DNA of 58,677 bases, the filler included, from Sphacelaria rigidula (Eukaryota): the NCBI GenBank assembly GCA_964200075.2. It is 7 parts of 7 records of this genome, joined end to end, with 100 filler letters (N's around TTAATTAATTAA, not from the genome) between each part and the next. Parts side by side here need not be neighbours in the genome. Positions count along the whole stretch, not along the records: positions 33,591 to 41,886 come from CAXNAA020011614.1; positions 41,987 to 50,282 come from CAXNAA020011615.1; positions 50,383 to 58,677 come from CAXNAA020011616.1; 4 more parts are not named here. One strand, 5' to 3'. Below are positions 37,270-50,592 of the stretch, piece after piece. The notes beneath the pieces were generated by a model. It worked only from the letters and a program-made list of their open reading frames with translations. It did not search any database and was not told the DNA's origin. The translations under genes and the position numbers were made by a program. Within the stretch, counting starts at the first letter, position 1. Every line of letters begins with the position of its first letter.

Positions 37270-39653
37270 GTGAGGGGTGCTCTTCAGGCTTGTGTGTCGT
37301 GGGTGTATCTGTTTTCAACATCGCTTGGAATTCGTTTCTAGCAGTTCGATGCCTGGAGGTTTTCCGGTTGGGAGGGGCGCATTCCTGTTCGGCTTTTCCG
37401 CAGAATTCGTCCAATTGAAGGTTCTCGTTACTGTTGGACTTCACTCGCCCGGCAACGGACCACCTTCGGGTGCTACTTCAACCGCGCGTGCTCGTCCCCC
37501 ACCAGGCGGACAGACAACAACTGACGATGGAAGTGGCAGAACTGCAAACGACTTCTTCCATATCCATAAAATGTCGGCCAGAGCCGGAAGCGTCAGGTAA
37601 GGAGGAGGAAAAAGAGGAGGGAGGCAACGAGGGGGCACACACTGGTGATGTTGATGTCAAAGCTGCGGACGAAGTACCTGGTGGGGCCCACGTTGAAGTT
37701 GGAGTCCCTGGTCATGTCGGTGATAACCAACATGTGAGCGGGGCGCCGATCGTCTACCCCAGCGAACCTTGAAGATCCCCTCTGCGGAAAACGCGGCATT
37801 GTACCTTGGACGGGTAGCGCTGTTCTGTCGCGGAGCCAACAACGGAACGCTTCGTGTACAGCACACATTCTTCGAGACTATCTTCGAGTTGGTTACATGT
37901 TGTTTTGTTTTTCGGGTGGGGTCGTTGGTGAATGATCTGGGACGCGTTTTCACTGTTCGAGCAGTTTTGCCCGCGCGGGCGTATGTATATCTGTGGTTGT
38001 GTGTGTCCGCTGAGATTTGATTCCATGACAAAATGCGTCTCAAGCTATCAAAATGAGCGATTAGGCCAAAACGATGTGTTTCGTCTATCGGTAACATTTC
38101 GTGGTTCCTCACGTGCCGTCGTCTAGTCGCTCGCGCTAGAGGACGCGGTGTGGAGGGGTGCTAATTAGGGGGTGCCCCCGCATTCACCTTGAGTTTGCCC
38201 CGGCTTGGTGCAAATTTTCACTCCTTCGAAAAGACTTGATGCTTCTCTCGGGATGGATTTGACTGATCACGTGCTGAAAATGTACGTGAATTGCAGGTGT
38301 GTGGCATGCGGTGTTGATATTCTTGCCATACACTTAAACCGTGCATTATGATGGTGGACTAGAATGCGATGTGACACACACTTTGCTGTTGCGCCCCGAT
38401 GGCATTTGGATTTTCTTATGAGAAAAGGATCTGATAGCCCTCCTGAAAAACGTGAGGGTCGTCAGTGGCTGAAATGATATTTCTGGCGCGTGTCGACGCG
38501 GTCCGGCAGTTGTTGCGTGCGCACGTCTACAAGAGAAGAAAGGTAGACTCTGAGTGTGCGTGCGAGAGGGGGAGAGGAAGTGAGGGGAGGGCGGGTTGAC
38601 CGACTTCTTGCACGGAATATTCACTCCAAAGGACCGTCGCGAGCAATGAATGATTCGTAGTGATGGTGTTGGCGTCCACTCAGCATGTCCACGCCCCGGC
38701 AAGGTTTCAGCCAAGAACAGAAACAGACGCACAAGGACCCTGTGAGGTTGTGTGTGTGCCACACGTATGAACCCCCTGTATCGCACACTGAAACACTCTC
38801 CCCTTCATTATAGGATTGTTCCTCTTCCAGCCAACTTTATGGCGTTTCCCCGATTAGGTGCCAGGCGCTGGGCACTGGAGAAGCACAAAAATTATCCTGG
38901 TCCAGATGCGTCCAGTCGACTGTTAGCACACGCGTCACCTCTCGAGACCTCGGCCGCAATATGTACCTACTCGATTGTTGTTCGCGAAAACTCGTCTCCC
39001 CATCGCAACTTTTGTGCCACGAAGGGTGTCAACGGTGTAGGGCACAAGTCCTGGAGTCCTCTCGAAATGAAGAACATGTACAGCAGCACCAGTATTCGAG
39101 GCACCACTCACTTCGAATGGCCAACCGAACCTTACACCCGCGTTTCGAGGTTGACGATAGCCGGGCGAGCGACTATCCAAACAAACACTGGGCCACTTCC
39201 CGCGCTTTGGAAAGCGGCGTCAGCTTTATTTACTCAAATCAAACCGGTACAACTTGCCATCCCTCCCTATATTTCATGTGACACCGGCTTCGCTTCACCA
39301 ACCCGAGCTTGGTGTCAATCGAGATAGATCGGACAAATCATGGTAAAACCCAGCATTCGCACACCTTTACTCGAACCATCACGTGTATAGCATCTGATTT
39401 GACTTACCTTGTTACTATACCTCAAGTCTATTTATTCTTGGGTGATATAAATGTTGTCGTAAAATTACTGTTTCTCTTCGAATCCAGCAGCCCCATGGCA
39501 TATGGTCATGGGTTATACATGATATCCGAGGTTGAAAAAAGAAGAAGGAAAAACCGTTGCTGATGAAGGGAACTTGAGAACGGGGGAAATAAAGAACAGA
39601 GGAGGAAACAAATATAGCGTCGTGGGAAAGAGAAAGAACGGGGGGCGGGGGGG

Positions 39654-39731
39654 CGTACTCATTGTTGCTTGCCTTAGGGGTTTGACCATTGACCACGCAT
39701 CCCTTTCGAGACGGAGCACGTAGTCATATGT
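39654..39731 (-). mobile_element. Ultra-short LINE 3'-end fragment with a C-rich TSD
   Basis: Reverse complement of the 15752 fragment; flanked on both sides by GGGGGGCGGGG. Confidence 0.8.
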
Positions 39732-40237
39732 GGGGGGGCGGGGCGTCAGAAAGGAAAGCAACGGACAATTGAAGCGAAACGCGAGGCTAACGTCCACCAC
39801 CAGGAAAAGCGAAAAAACCATACCCTGAACAAGAGAATACAGTCAAAAAGTGTACTGCGTAGAGTATACACTATTGCACCTATTGCAACAGGCGATATAT
39901 TCCATACTGTACGCAGTATATTTTTTTACAAAAGAATCTTCTGTCCAGCGTGTGGAAAGAACAAGACGGCAAGCTTCTGCGGCATGGCTTTGGGTTTGAA
40001 GGCCGCACAAAAATAACACACGGTTCAGCAGATCAAGCTCGTGGCGTACAACAAACGCAGTAGGTGAGCGACGTGTTGAAGTACTTAGCTGCCTTGATTG
40101 ATGTGAGAGTGCCTGTACAAGAAGAAACTCTGGGATCATCACAAGACTAACGGCAATGTAAATGAGAGGACCGCCCCCCACACTACAGTACATGACCAGC
40201 CCTACCAAAATTGCTTAAAAACTAAAAACTCTTCCAG

Positions 40238-40378
40238 CGCACACAGCTGACCGTCACTCAAGGTGGCGGGAACAACGGCGACACGAACTTAGCGAGTGCC
40301 TCATCCCCGCCGAGAGCCGACTGCAAGCCTTCACGAGAGGAGGTGGGCAGAACGGAAAGCCCACGGAAAATAGGATGA
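40238..40378 (+). CDS. Possible terminal exon of the coiled-coil gene
   Basis: CTAA branch-like motif and TTCCAG acceptor; the phase-0 frame RTQLTVTQGGGNNGDTNLASASSPP...RKIG* ends in TGA. An alternative frame runs to 40608. Confidence 0.35.
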   Translation, partial: RTQLTVTQGGGNNGDTNLASASSPPRADCKPSREEVGRTESPRKIG

Positions 40379-41286
40379 GTTGCTCGGCTGCCGGGGCTAG
40401 AAGCTGTGACGCCACAGCCACTCGAGCCACGGGGGCCTGTTGTGCACGGCACGGGAGAAGATGGCCCGGTGACAGGCCTGAAAGCGTCGAACGCCGCGCC
40501 CAGCAACTCCGGCACGACATCTCCCGCGTAGGCGGCACCGAGGCACAGATCTTCCGCCAAGGCTATGACAAGCGCGACTGCCTGTGTGATGTCAGCGAAG
40601 GGAAGTAAAATTGCGGGTACGGGATCGCACGCGGGGATGCGAATCCGTCAGCTTCATGTACGTACTGTGATCATCATGATGCTTGTGTAGCGGAGAAAAA
40701 AAGAAGACAGTTACCAGTGAACTTACATTTTTCTAGTCTCCACGTTCCTGAACCACTTCAGAGATGGTCATGTGAGACTGGTGCCCAATCAATCCAGCGA
40801 TGGTCATGTGAGATTGTCAATACTTTTGTCGTCCGGTTCGAAAATGGTCATGCGAGAGCTTGGCCTGTACGTTTCCGAAAAAGGCTCGGAATTCTCCTCG
40901 AGACCTTTTCATCCTCTCGCGTGTGGATTCATGTTTACTCATAGTGCACACGCATGGCAACAACTAACGTCCGCACTCAATAAGGTAAGGAAGCACAGAG
41001 GACGCGATGCACCTGAGATGGTATCAGCATCATGCTAACTATGCCGCGGGCCCAGTACGGTCCGAGAATCGGATGAAGGCGGCCTCCGGTCATCAGTCGC
41101 ACCTGTAAAATCAGCACACAATGGAAGCGATCGTACACACAGCGGCGGCAGAACAAATGAATATGCCGTTTACTCATTACTGATGGAGATTGCATCGACT
41201 GCTTTAGGATTTCTGACTCTCACGCTTCTTTCCTTGGCTTGCGGCGTTGGTGATGTTCCTATTATATCTGTTTCCCCACATCTTGC

Positions 41287-41640
41287 CGATCGCCCCGGTG
41301 GCTCAGCTGGTGACCTCGAAACCTTCTGACGGTTGGGTGGTGGGTTCGAGTCTCGAAGCGATCTGGGATTTATTCTCATACAATGCCCCACAGTAGTGGA
41401 GAGCGATTATGTCGTGGGTACACAAAATTCAACTTTACGGTCGACGAGGGAAAGTGACCGTTGGACACCTCTCGCGATGAAAAATAAAGGCAAGCACCGC
41501 AGAAGGGAGGTGGAGAACGAGAACAATAATAATAAAAAAAAACTCCCGTGTTCGCCTTCCTATGTGACCCCGGCTGGTACGCCCACATATACCGAAAGGT
41601 ATAGGCCGACGTCCAGAATATATCGGATGACAACACACAC
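41287..41640 (+). mobile_element. tRNA-derived SINE, near full length
   Basis: GCCCCGGTGGCTCAGCTGG (A-box) ... GGGTTCGAGTC (B-box), body, and CAACACACAC tail. Confidence 0.85.
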
Positions 41641-41886
41641 ATGGTATCAGTCCGTTGCCTTTGAGTCCCAACTCTTGCTTCATATTTTTTCTCCTCATCT
41701 AGCTCTCCCCCCCCCCCCTCTCTTTTCATGTGGGTCATTCCCGCAGAGCCCTTGGGTGACAGTTCATCATCAAATAGTGTCGCTCCCAAATAGCCTTTAT
41801 ATTATTATTCGAGGGGGAGGGGGGGCGGGGGGGGGGGGGGGGGGGGGGGGACGAGAGCCACGCAAGGATACGGGCGGGCTATCGAC

Positions 41887-41986
41887 NNNNNNNNNNNNNN
41901 NNNNNNNNNNNNNNNNNNNNNNNNNNNNNNTTAATTAATTAANNNNNNNNNNNNNNNNNNNNNNNNNNNNNNNNNNNNNNNNNNNN
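41887..41986. other. Artificial contig linker
   Basis: N-TTAATTAATTAA-N, 100 bp. Confidence 0.97.
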
Positions 41987-43306
41987 GTAGGGATGCGAGG
42001 TCAATGGTCCTATGACTATGGCATGCATGATCATGAGTACACCCCCCCCTACCATAACACAGCCCGGACATGGACATGAAATAGAGAAGCTAACCCTCCG
42101 TTTTCTCAACTTACCATAACACAGCCTAAACATGAACGTGGAATAGCGAAAAATAACAGACCTACTGTTCCGTATGAAGTCGGAAAACAACTGAGATTCC
42201 CCGCCCAGTATCATAACAAATGGGACACAAAAATAAATTCAAAACCCAGACATGTAAGTCACAGCGTGAAGGTTGACCACCTTACATGCAAATCAAAAGT
42301 ACCACAAGATATGACCAGTACGGATAGGGTAGGGTCATCACCCCCCCCACGTCAAATTCACATTGAGGTTGGGGTCTCGTGGTGAGATACCCGTAAAACC
42401 TTACCGGTTTCCGTTGGGCGGTGAAAGTCTGGTCAGCCATTTCCAGAAATTCACGACATTAGGTGCCAAAAGCGCCTAGTAAAGGGAAGGAGTGGACAGT
42501 GCATGACATGAACGTCAAGACCTACTGACCTTTCTGGAGGAGAGTAACCAAACAGCGGAGGGACCGAACGATGAAACGTACGATCGTGGGACTCCGGGGT
42601 GGTTTACCATGAACATCGGCTAGCACAACGTCGGGTACTTGTGTCAAGGGTGTTGAACTTGTCTTCAGGCTACGAGTTGGCTGCGATATTTGGTGTCAGT
42701 GTGCCAGATAAAGAACTGAAAGGAACCAGACCCCCAACGGATACTAGGATTGGGATGTCCCAGTACTTTGAAGATATCCCACCAATACAATTGAAAAGAA
42801 CAAGCTGAAGATTCTCTCGAAAGAGATGACGAGAGAGAGAGACGGCAAGGAAGGGTGGATGGAGCAGTAAAGAGTGGTCGGGTAAAGTACAAGTAGTGGT
42901 GGTGATCGGAGTTCGTAGTGGCATGACGAGAATAATGTTTGAAAATAATTGGGAGGAAGTTGGATTATACTGTTTGGCAAGAGGAAAAGTAGAAAGGTAG
43001 GGAGAATACTTCCGAGTCACGCTGAAACAGCGCGAGCAAGGAGTGGGAAAGGAAAGAAATAAGTAAGGTATCGGCATGGGTTAGAAGGGTAGGGTGGAGA
43101 CTATGCATTGCTAACATAATAACAAACCTGGGACGTGGTGCACGGGCGAACGGAGGAAAAGAGAGGTAGGAACAGCGCCCCGAAACACGTAGACAAAGGC
43201 CAAACCGGCAAGGGGCAGAGCAGTCGAGCAAAGGAAAGTAGAAGTAAGAGACACGGGAAGAGGATAGGAGACAAGGAGAGATCGAGCTCATGATTCGGAA
43301 AGCAAG

Positions 43307-46300
43307 TTGAGAATAAGATCGTGGAACGTGTGTGGTTTCGCCACAGACGATCGCAAAAAAACAGAGATTATCCAACAAGTATGGAAGCGTGACCTAAATA
43401 CAGCGGGGGTGGGAATAGAATTCAAAGTTAAAGAGAACGCATACATGAAAGAAAAGCGGAAGAGACAGAAGGCCAACAACAGGGGAGCGGAGGGAGTGGG
43501 GGTTTTATTCAAGGAATACCTGTGTGACGTCATCGAAGTTATCCATGACACGGACTCGACGAGAGCATATGGATCAGGGTACCAGCAGTGCGGGGAACGA
43601 GGGACTTCTCCGTAGATAACATCTATATGCCCCCAGAATCGAAGAGTAGGGTGGACGACATTCAGGGTAGGTTTGGAGAGATAGCAGCAGATATACATCA
43701 CTACAAAAGACAAGGAGTAGTGATGATATTGGGGGATTTTATTGCAAGGGTAGGAAGAGGAGGTCAATCGGATGATATCACTGGGTGATACGGGGAAGAT
43801 AAGAACATGAACGGGGTAGAAATGCTCAAGTTCCTTGAGCATAGCGAGATGGAGACGCTGAACGTTAGAGTACTAAAGCCAGAGGCGCAATGGACACGGG
43901 CGAGGAAATACAGACAAGAGAAGAGAGAACGCTCCGTTCTTGACTATATCGTGAAGCATGGGAATAGGGAAGGAATGGAAGTACATGTATGCGCGGAGGA
44001 CGTGGGAACCACAGATCACTGCCCATTATGGACAGAAAGCCAACAGACGAGAGCTGCAAGAAATCGACGGAGTTGGAAGTTATATAAATGAAGAATCGGT
44101 AAACTAGATATGCAAGAAAAACAGCAAGAGTTCCAAGAAGATATGGCCAAAAATGCAGTGAACTCTTCCGAGCTGTTGGAAGGCTTAGGTACAGTTGATA
44201 CCGAAATGCAAAGAAATCAAACGGGCTGAAGTGAAGATTGTAGAAGGATGGGATGAGCTGGTCGAGAACACAGCGAGTGGAGTCAAAGAGAAGAAACTGA
44301 TGGTATTCAAACGAGCAGTATAATGGTGGGATGAGGAAGTCAAGGACACTGTCAGAGTAAGGAGAGAGGCTCACGCGAGATGGATGTCGAGCAATAGTAG
44401 GGTAGGATGGGATGAGTATACTATAGCTCGAAAGGAAGTTTGGGAAGGTGTAGTGAAAGAAACAAATGATGAGTTCGATGGCGGGATGAAACTAATGCGG
44501 GTAGGGATGAAAAGGATTATGGGAAACCGAGCAAGAAAGATAGACGAGGGGGTAGCCACACTACAGGCACAGAATGGTGAACTGGTCAGCAGTTCGAAGG
44601 GGAAAAGAGGAGTGCTAGTCAAGCACTACCGCAAATTAAGGACACCAAAAACTAACACAAGGTTCGACACATAATTCGAAAAAGAGATTAACGAGTGAGC
44701 AGAGGCAAATGTAGAGACGTCAAAACGGGAGGACACTGGCTCGAAAAAATTGCAGAGAGAATTTACTAGAGATGAAGTAGGGGAGTGCGTAGCTGACTCA
44801 AGAACAAGAAGGCAGCAGGGGCAGACCGAATAGTAAATTAATTTCTGAAGCATGGGGGTGAAGGAATGATTACCATGATGGTTGTGCTGTATAACTGGCA
44901 ATGGGAAAACGATTACACACCCGAGAGGTGGAGAGGAGGAGTAAAGAGAGACAAGGCTGACCCAGGGAACTAAAGAGGCATAATGCTACTGAGCACGGCA
45001 GGGAAAACATTCTGCAAGATTTTGAGCGAAAGAGTAGGAGCGATGCTAGAAAAAGAAGAGAAAATCAGCGAGGAACAAGCAGGTTTCAGACCAAATCGTA
45101 GTTGCGTAGATCACGTGTACCCACTATGTATGATTATTCGAGGTAAGAAAGACGCCGGGCTGACAACGCACTGTTCCTCCCTGGACGTGCAAAAGGCTTG
45201 TGACACAGTATGGAGAAATGGGTTGTGGAAAAAGTTGTGAGAAACTTGGATCAGAGGAAAGATACGGAGAATGAAGAAGATGACAGTATGTGCCAAAAGT
45301 GCTACGATGCTAGACGGGGAAGTATCGGAATATTTTGATATTTTACACAGAGTTTCACGAGGATGTACGTCATCACCCACTTCATTCAAGGTATTTGTTA
45401 ATGACTTGATAATAGCAACATTAGCAGCAAAGTAAGCAGTCAAGGTGGGTGAAGATATAGGATCAGGTTTGATGCTCGCAGATGATTTTGTGGGTATTTC
45501 AGAAACAGCAGACGGATTGCAAAAGTTGACAAAGCGCTAGAATACACCAGGAAATGGAGAGTGACAGCGAATAATAACAAATGCGCGGTACTCGTCTGTA
45601 ACGAAGATAAGGAAAATCTGGTAGAGTTCAAATGGAAGCGGGAAGGAGAGAGAGGGAAGTGTCGATCGTAGACCAGTATACATACCTTGGCGTAAAGATA
45701 TCAAAACACTGTTATTGGGACGCACACATGAATGAAGTAGTAGAAAACGGTAAGAAGGGTGAACGTGGTCCTCGGAGACCCGCACGTAGACACTGGGAAC
45801 AGTACAGATGGGAGCAGCTAAGAAGATACTTGGATGCTCGAAAACAACAAGTAATACAGCACTGACAGCAGAGTTGGGAATGTACTCACTTGGAACAAAC
45901 GGACACACGAGAAAATTGAGGCGGCAGCATAACGTAAAGAACATGCAGAGAAAGAGATTGCCAGCTACAGTTGATCAGGCTGTACGGAAGAAAAATACGA
46001 AAGGGCACCCTACAAGGCGGGATAAAGAAGTCGAGAAAGTATGGAAGGAGACAGAAGAAAACCAAGACGAAATACTGTCCATAGGTGAAGTCAAGGGGTA
46101 CGATACAGTAGGAGACATGATCGAAGTAAAGGAAAAGAGAGCGCTCAGACGCAAGGTAGACGAGGAAGAGCACCTGAAGGTATATGGGGGGTTGAAAGAG
46201 GGGATCAAAATGAAAGAGGAGATCAAAATGAAAATCTGATACTACGATTCCGGGTGGGGGACCTGGATCTGCCAGAAAAAAAAAAGAGATATAACAGTCG

Positions 46301-46518
46301 TCGAAAGAAGGAGGAAGTAGATGGACAGAACTGCCTCTGTGGCAAAGCAACAGAGAGCAGAGGTCGTATTGTTGCAGAATGTGAACTGTACGAGGAGGAA
46401 CGGAACGCGCTAGAGGGGGAAATGCGGGACGTGAACGAAGGTGGTATGAAGTCGTTTGATGCATTAGACAGTAGGGAGCAAACGGTGGTTATGCTAGGAG
46501 ATAAATGGTGGCTACAAA
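43307..46518 (+). mobile_element. Degenerate non-LTR retrotransposon (LINE) ORF2: APE endonuclease + reverse transcriptase + C-terminal Zn knuckle
   Basis: SWNVCG, GAEGVG, NIYMP, ILGDF, SVLDYI, TDH (APE); LLSTAGKTFCKIL, EEQAGFRPNRSCVDH, LDVQKACDTV, LADDFVG, YTYLG (RT); CLCG..ES..IVAEC. Many stops and frameshifts. Confidence 0.92.
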
Positions 46519-49212
46519 CCCAGGGTTGCCCGTTCGAGGCAGCGGACGACCTCGTCCATGCCGCTGTCTTTGCTGAAGTCATAACATGTATCCGGGGAGG
46601 TGCTGCCGTCCCTGTCCCACCCGAACGCCATGGGATCCGCACTTTCATGGTCACCAGTCTCACCTTGCCCTCCCGTTTCCCACCGCATTATGTCCGGGGG
46701 AGAACCCAGTACTGTAGCGTTGCTCGGGTCGCATCGCCCCTTGAGTTCCACGCCTTTAACCGCAGCCGTAAGAGTACAGCACTGAGCTCAATCCTTCATA
46801 TTACCCTGATTTCGGTGTGGGAGGAGGGTCAAGTGCGGTTATGCTCAGCGCTGTAAGCTGACGGGTTCGGTACAATGCGCTGGAATATTCTGTACGCGGC
46901 CGGGGGGGCATTAGGCGAACGAAAAACGCATCGGCCACCGTCACTGAAAGTGCGGAGAAAGAAGGCACTTTTCGCGGCTAGACCCTCATTTTAGTGAACG
47001 ATATTTCGTATGTAATTGGCTGTTACTGGTCGTCGCAAAGCGATAACACTGGGCAGTGTTTTGTATCAGTAGGAACTGTGGAAAAGGTGTTTTCATTCTT
47101 TCGGGGAGCCCGCTTAACAGGACTCATAATCAGTGTTGTCCCTTTTCGATAATGTGGAGGGATTAGGGCGCGAGACGTGTAACTTCGAGTAGATACTGTC
47201 ATATTCCGAAGGTTTCAATTGTCTGAGACCAAGGCTGGAGATCATCACGGAAAGAGGGGCGGGCATTTCCACCATCTAGAGCTCGCCTCACGGGCGGTCT
47301 GCGGACGAGAAAAAAGCTGCATCGCTTGCGAGTTATGTAACAACATACATTGCAAAAGCGATTTCTACTGGGAAAACGTGCCGGCTCGGTAGTGCACGAC
47401 GAAGTTCGTGAAGGGTCATGTACATGCGGGCCCCACCCCGTCTGCACTGGTCTGAACACAAGTGATGTAGTACAGTACATCATATACTGCGGGCCGCCTG
47501 CGTTAGAGACTGAGCACCACTCGCATCAGCGACGCCTGTAGCTGCGGAGATAATTCGAGTTGATGAGGCTAGAAGAATACCAGTGCAACGTCCACTCCGG
47601 TTGCCAGCCTGTTTGCACGGCCGGGTCGGTAGTGGGGGGACTTTCTGCACCGGGATGTCGCCTCCAGTACCAGGTACGCCGGCAAGGGCCCGTCGCGCAA
47701 CCCACTGGTCGCGCGACAGGAGCTTAAACCTTCGACTGTCGACCGTTTTGGAGCAGAAACGTTCACCTCCCAACCCTCATATATATAGCGGACCATAAAC
47801 GATGCTTGTTTGCTGGGTTTCTTCGAGCGTTCATCCCCAACTGGGCAAATATTGATTCGAGGCCGGCGGGATCCATTGCACAGTCAGCGTGCTCAACTGT
47901 CTCTGTACCCACTGTAATTGTCATCAGACAGCAGGGTGTTGAAAACCGTGATCGTGCACCCTATGGTCATCCACCGTATGAATGCAGACCGGGCCATCAG
48001 CGACTTCCCCTGCTGTAGCTGTGACGGTGACACCTTCCTTTAATACCAATCTACACATCCTCCAAGTTTTGGCGTAATCTGACACGGGGTGCGGATGCTC
48101 TTCACGCCTAAGCTGCCAAAACACCGCCTCCATATTATCGAAAATGGAACGCATGATACAATGAGCAGGCCCGTGAAGAGCGACAAGAACCACCGGCCGC
48201 TAATTTGTCCTGATACAGGACGCCATGCGTGGAACAACGATGATGTCCTCAAATTCTGACAACATGTGCATAACTCACGGACGACAAGGCGATGCAGAAA
48301 TTGTGCAGGGCACCATACGCATGTCTCACCTTTGTCCCCACGGCGTGTACCCCCTCTTTGTCGGAGTCACGGCCTATCCTGCAACGTTCCCCCGGCGTCG
48401 TGTTCATGGTAGCACACCTGCCAATCAGGACGGCAGTGAGCGATGAACTGTCGGACCCGCGGTTATGTCATGGATTACTAGTGTCACACACACAAATCCG
48501 CGGCAAATGCGCCCCTACTTGCAATCCCGATGTACACGCTGACGCCGTCTTCCACCCCAGGAGGCGGCACGATGATTACGTACAACAATGTTTTCGTGAG
48601 AATGGCAGTAGAGCGTTGTTGAGTGAGAGCAGGTTATGCAGGTTATATTATTCGGTCTAGCTTGACCAATTTTTTATCATGTGTGTGCTTTTGTTCCCTC
48701 GTATCACTGGCGTGAGCTTACAGCTAACGCCTGTACCGTACTCGGGGATATCAAGGACTTCACTGGCAAGCTACAATGGAGAGCGTGTCGGGCCTCGTGG
48801 AGGGGTATCTCTGAACTGAAATGATTCATTCATGAATTGACCGCTGCTCACTCTTGAACGTATGCTCCACTCTCGATCTCACACATTGTCATACCATATG
48901 TTGCAGCTAAGTACAGGGAAGTAGATAACAGTGCAGTAGAGAACGGGACAGGACAGTACAGCACAATACAGTGTAGTACAGAAGAGTACAGTACAAAGCA
49001 GTACATTACCGAATGCAGTATACTGTAGTGCAGTACAACAGTGCCCAGCAACACATGACTGCATCGGAACTCAATCATGCCGCAGTTTACTACAGCGTTG
49101 TTCACAGTTCAATTTCGCCGACTCTACCACCAAACTTGCATGCAAACATTTGCTGTGCTAATTCTCACGCAGGCACCATTTGACATGATCATTTTTCAGA
49201 TGGACTGTGTAC

Positions 49213-50282
49213 ATTATGGGCTACCCTCTACGCCTCGCCAACCCGCTGGTTGACCTCCATGGCCAGCGCCTGGCGGCGTACCATTGCGGTCGCCACGCAT
49301 CAATGCAAAGCACCAGGATCCATGCCATTTAACTCCGGAATCACTCACCTTTGCAGCCAGATCTCGGCATCGACAGTCCTGCCTTGGAATAAGCTTTCCA
49401 TCGATGCCGCTTGTTGGACTCCTACCCCTCCGCCGGGGGCCCAACCACCACGCCAACTGTGCGTGCTCTGCGGCTGGTTTGAGCTCAAATATTGTACTAT
49501 GACTCTTGTACGCGACCAGAAACACTTTTTTTTTCACGCGCGAGAGTGATGTGGGTTACTGTACAGCATACTGTATCGATATACGACGACCCGATGTTGC
49601 GTTTCAATAATATGGAGGCGGTATTTTTGGAGATTAGGCGCCCCAACACAGCACAGCTGGGGTCTGATAATGTCGAAACTTGACGTATTCGTGGGTTAAA
49701 GCCGCAGGTGGATGTTGATCAAGTATTTTCTGCAACCCAAGGCATTTTGTGCGCTGCGTGGCTTGAGGGGATGATCGTTCACCATGCTGGGGTGATTTCG
49801 AAAACTGGAACACGTTCGAATGACAGTCTTGGAGGGTACGTGGCGATAGAAAATCCGCGCGGAGGCACGGGTGGATCTTGCCACCCTTGTTGCTTACGTT
49901 TGCCCCGGGTCGGTCAAGGCTGGCACAAATATGGGAAACGAAGATGATTTGCCGCATGCAAAAAGGAGGGAAATGGCCCACCCCGACCACAAAGGATTGT
50001 GGCGAGGTGATGTAGACAAAAATATCATCCAAAGCCACAACTGGCGGGCGGCCCGCCGGTCGCCGTATCCTGATGGAAGCTCTCTACCGCGACCCATACT
50101 GCTTGCTACATCAGATATACACTACCTAATGCGCACCCTGCACCTGAAAATAGATTGGATGAAACTTTCGGTCTTCGTCAGGTTACACACGCGGAGTTTC
50201 ATACGCCACTGTATGTTTCGTGTAGACACCAGACACGTCATTCCTGACCAGCCTCACTGGTCGTTCTGGAGCCGCGGTCCCA
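49213..50282 (-). mobile_element. Longer relative of the piggyBac-like element at 5788-6831 (reverse orientation)
   Basis: ~49940-50282 is an imperfect reverse complement of 5794-6140 and ends in ...GGTCCCA at the contig end. Left boundary uncertain. Confidence 0.6.
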
Positions 50283-50382
50283 NNNNNNNNNNNNNNNNNN
50301 NNNNNNNNNNNNNNNNNNNNNNNNNNTTAATTAATTAANNNNNNNNNNNNNNNNNNNNNNNNNNNNNNNNNNNNNNNNNNNN
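50283..50382. other. Artificial contig linker
   Basis: N-TTAATTAATTAA-N, 100 bp. Confidence 0.97.
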
Positions 50383-50390
50383 GGGGGGGG

Positions 50391-50461
50391 CGTACTCATT
50401 TGTTGCTTGCCTTAGTCGTTTGACCATTGACGACGCATCCCTTTCGAGACGGAGCAGGTTC
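50391..50461 (-). mobile_element. Ultra-short LINE 3'-end fragment between G runs
   Basis: G8-CGTACTCATTTGTTGCTTGCC...CGAGACGGAGCAGGTTC-G9. Confidence 0.8.
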
Positions 50462-50592
50462 GGGGGGGGGCTATCTCGGCAGCAGTCGAAAAGAAAGCTC
50501 ATTAAAACGACAGTGGAAAGGATCCAAATACACAGAAGAAAAGGGGAAGCAATCACAATCAATCGAAGAATAATACAGGAATGCAGAGGCAG

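Noticed and set aside
37434-37900. Possible Ty1/copia remnant (HLRV..., GC-rich coding-like)
   Set aside because: Only a vague motif; no integrase or RT motifs and no LTRs recognisable.
41291-41375. Functional tRNA gene (also 5170-5247, minus)
   Set aside because: No proper acceptor stem, and it continues into a multi-copy body with a CA tail; it is a SINE head.
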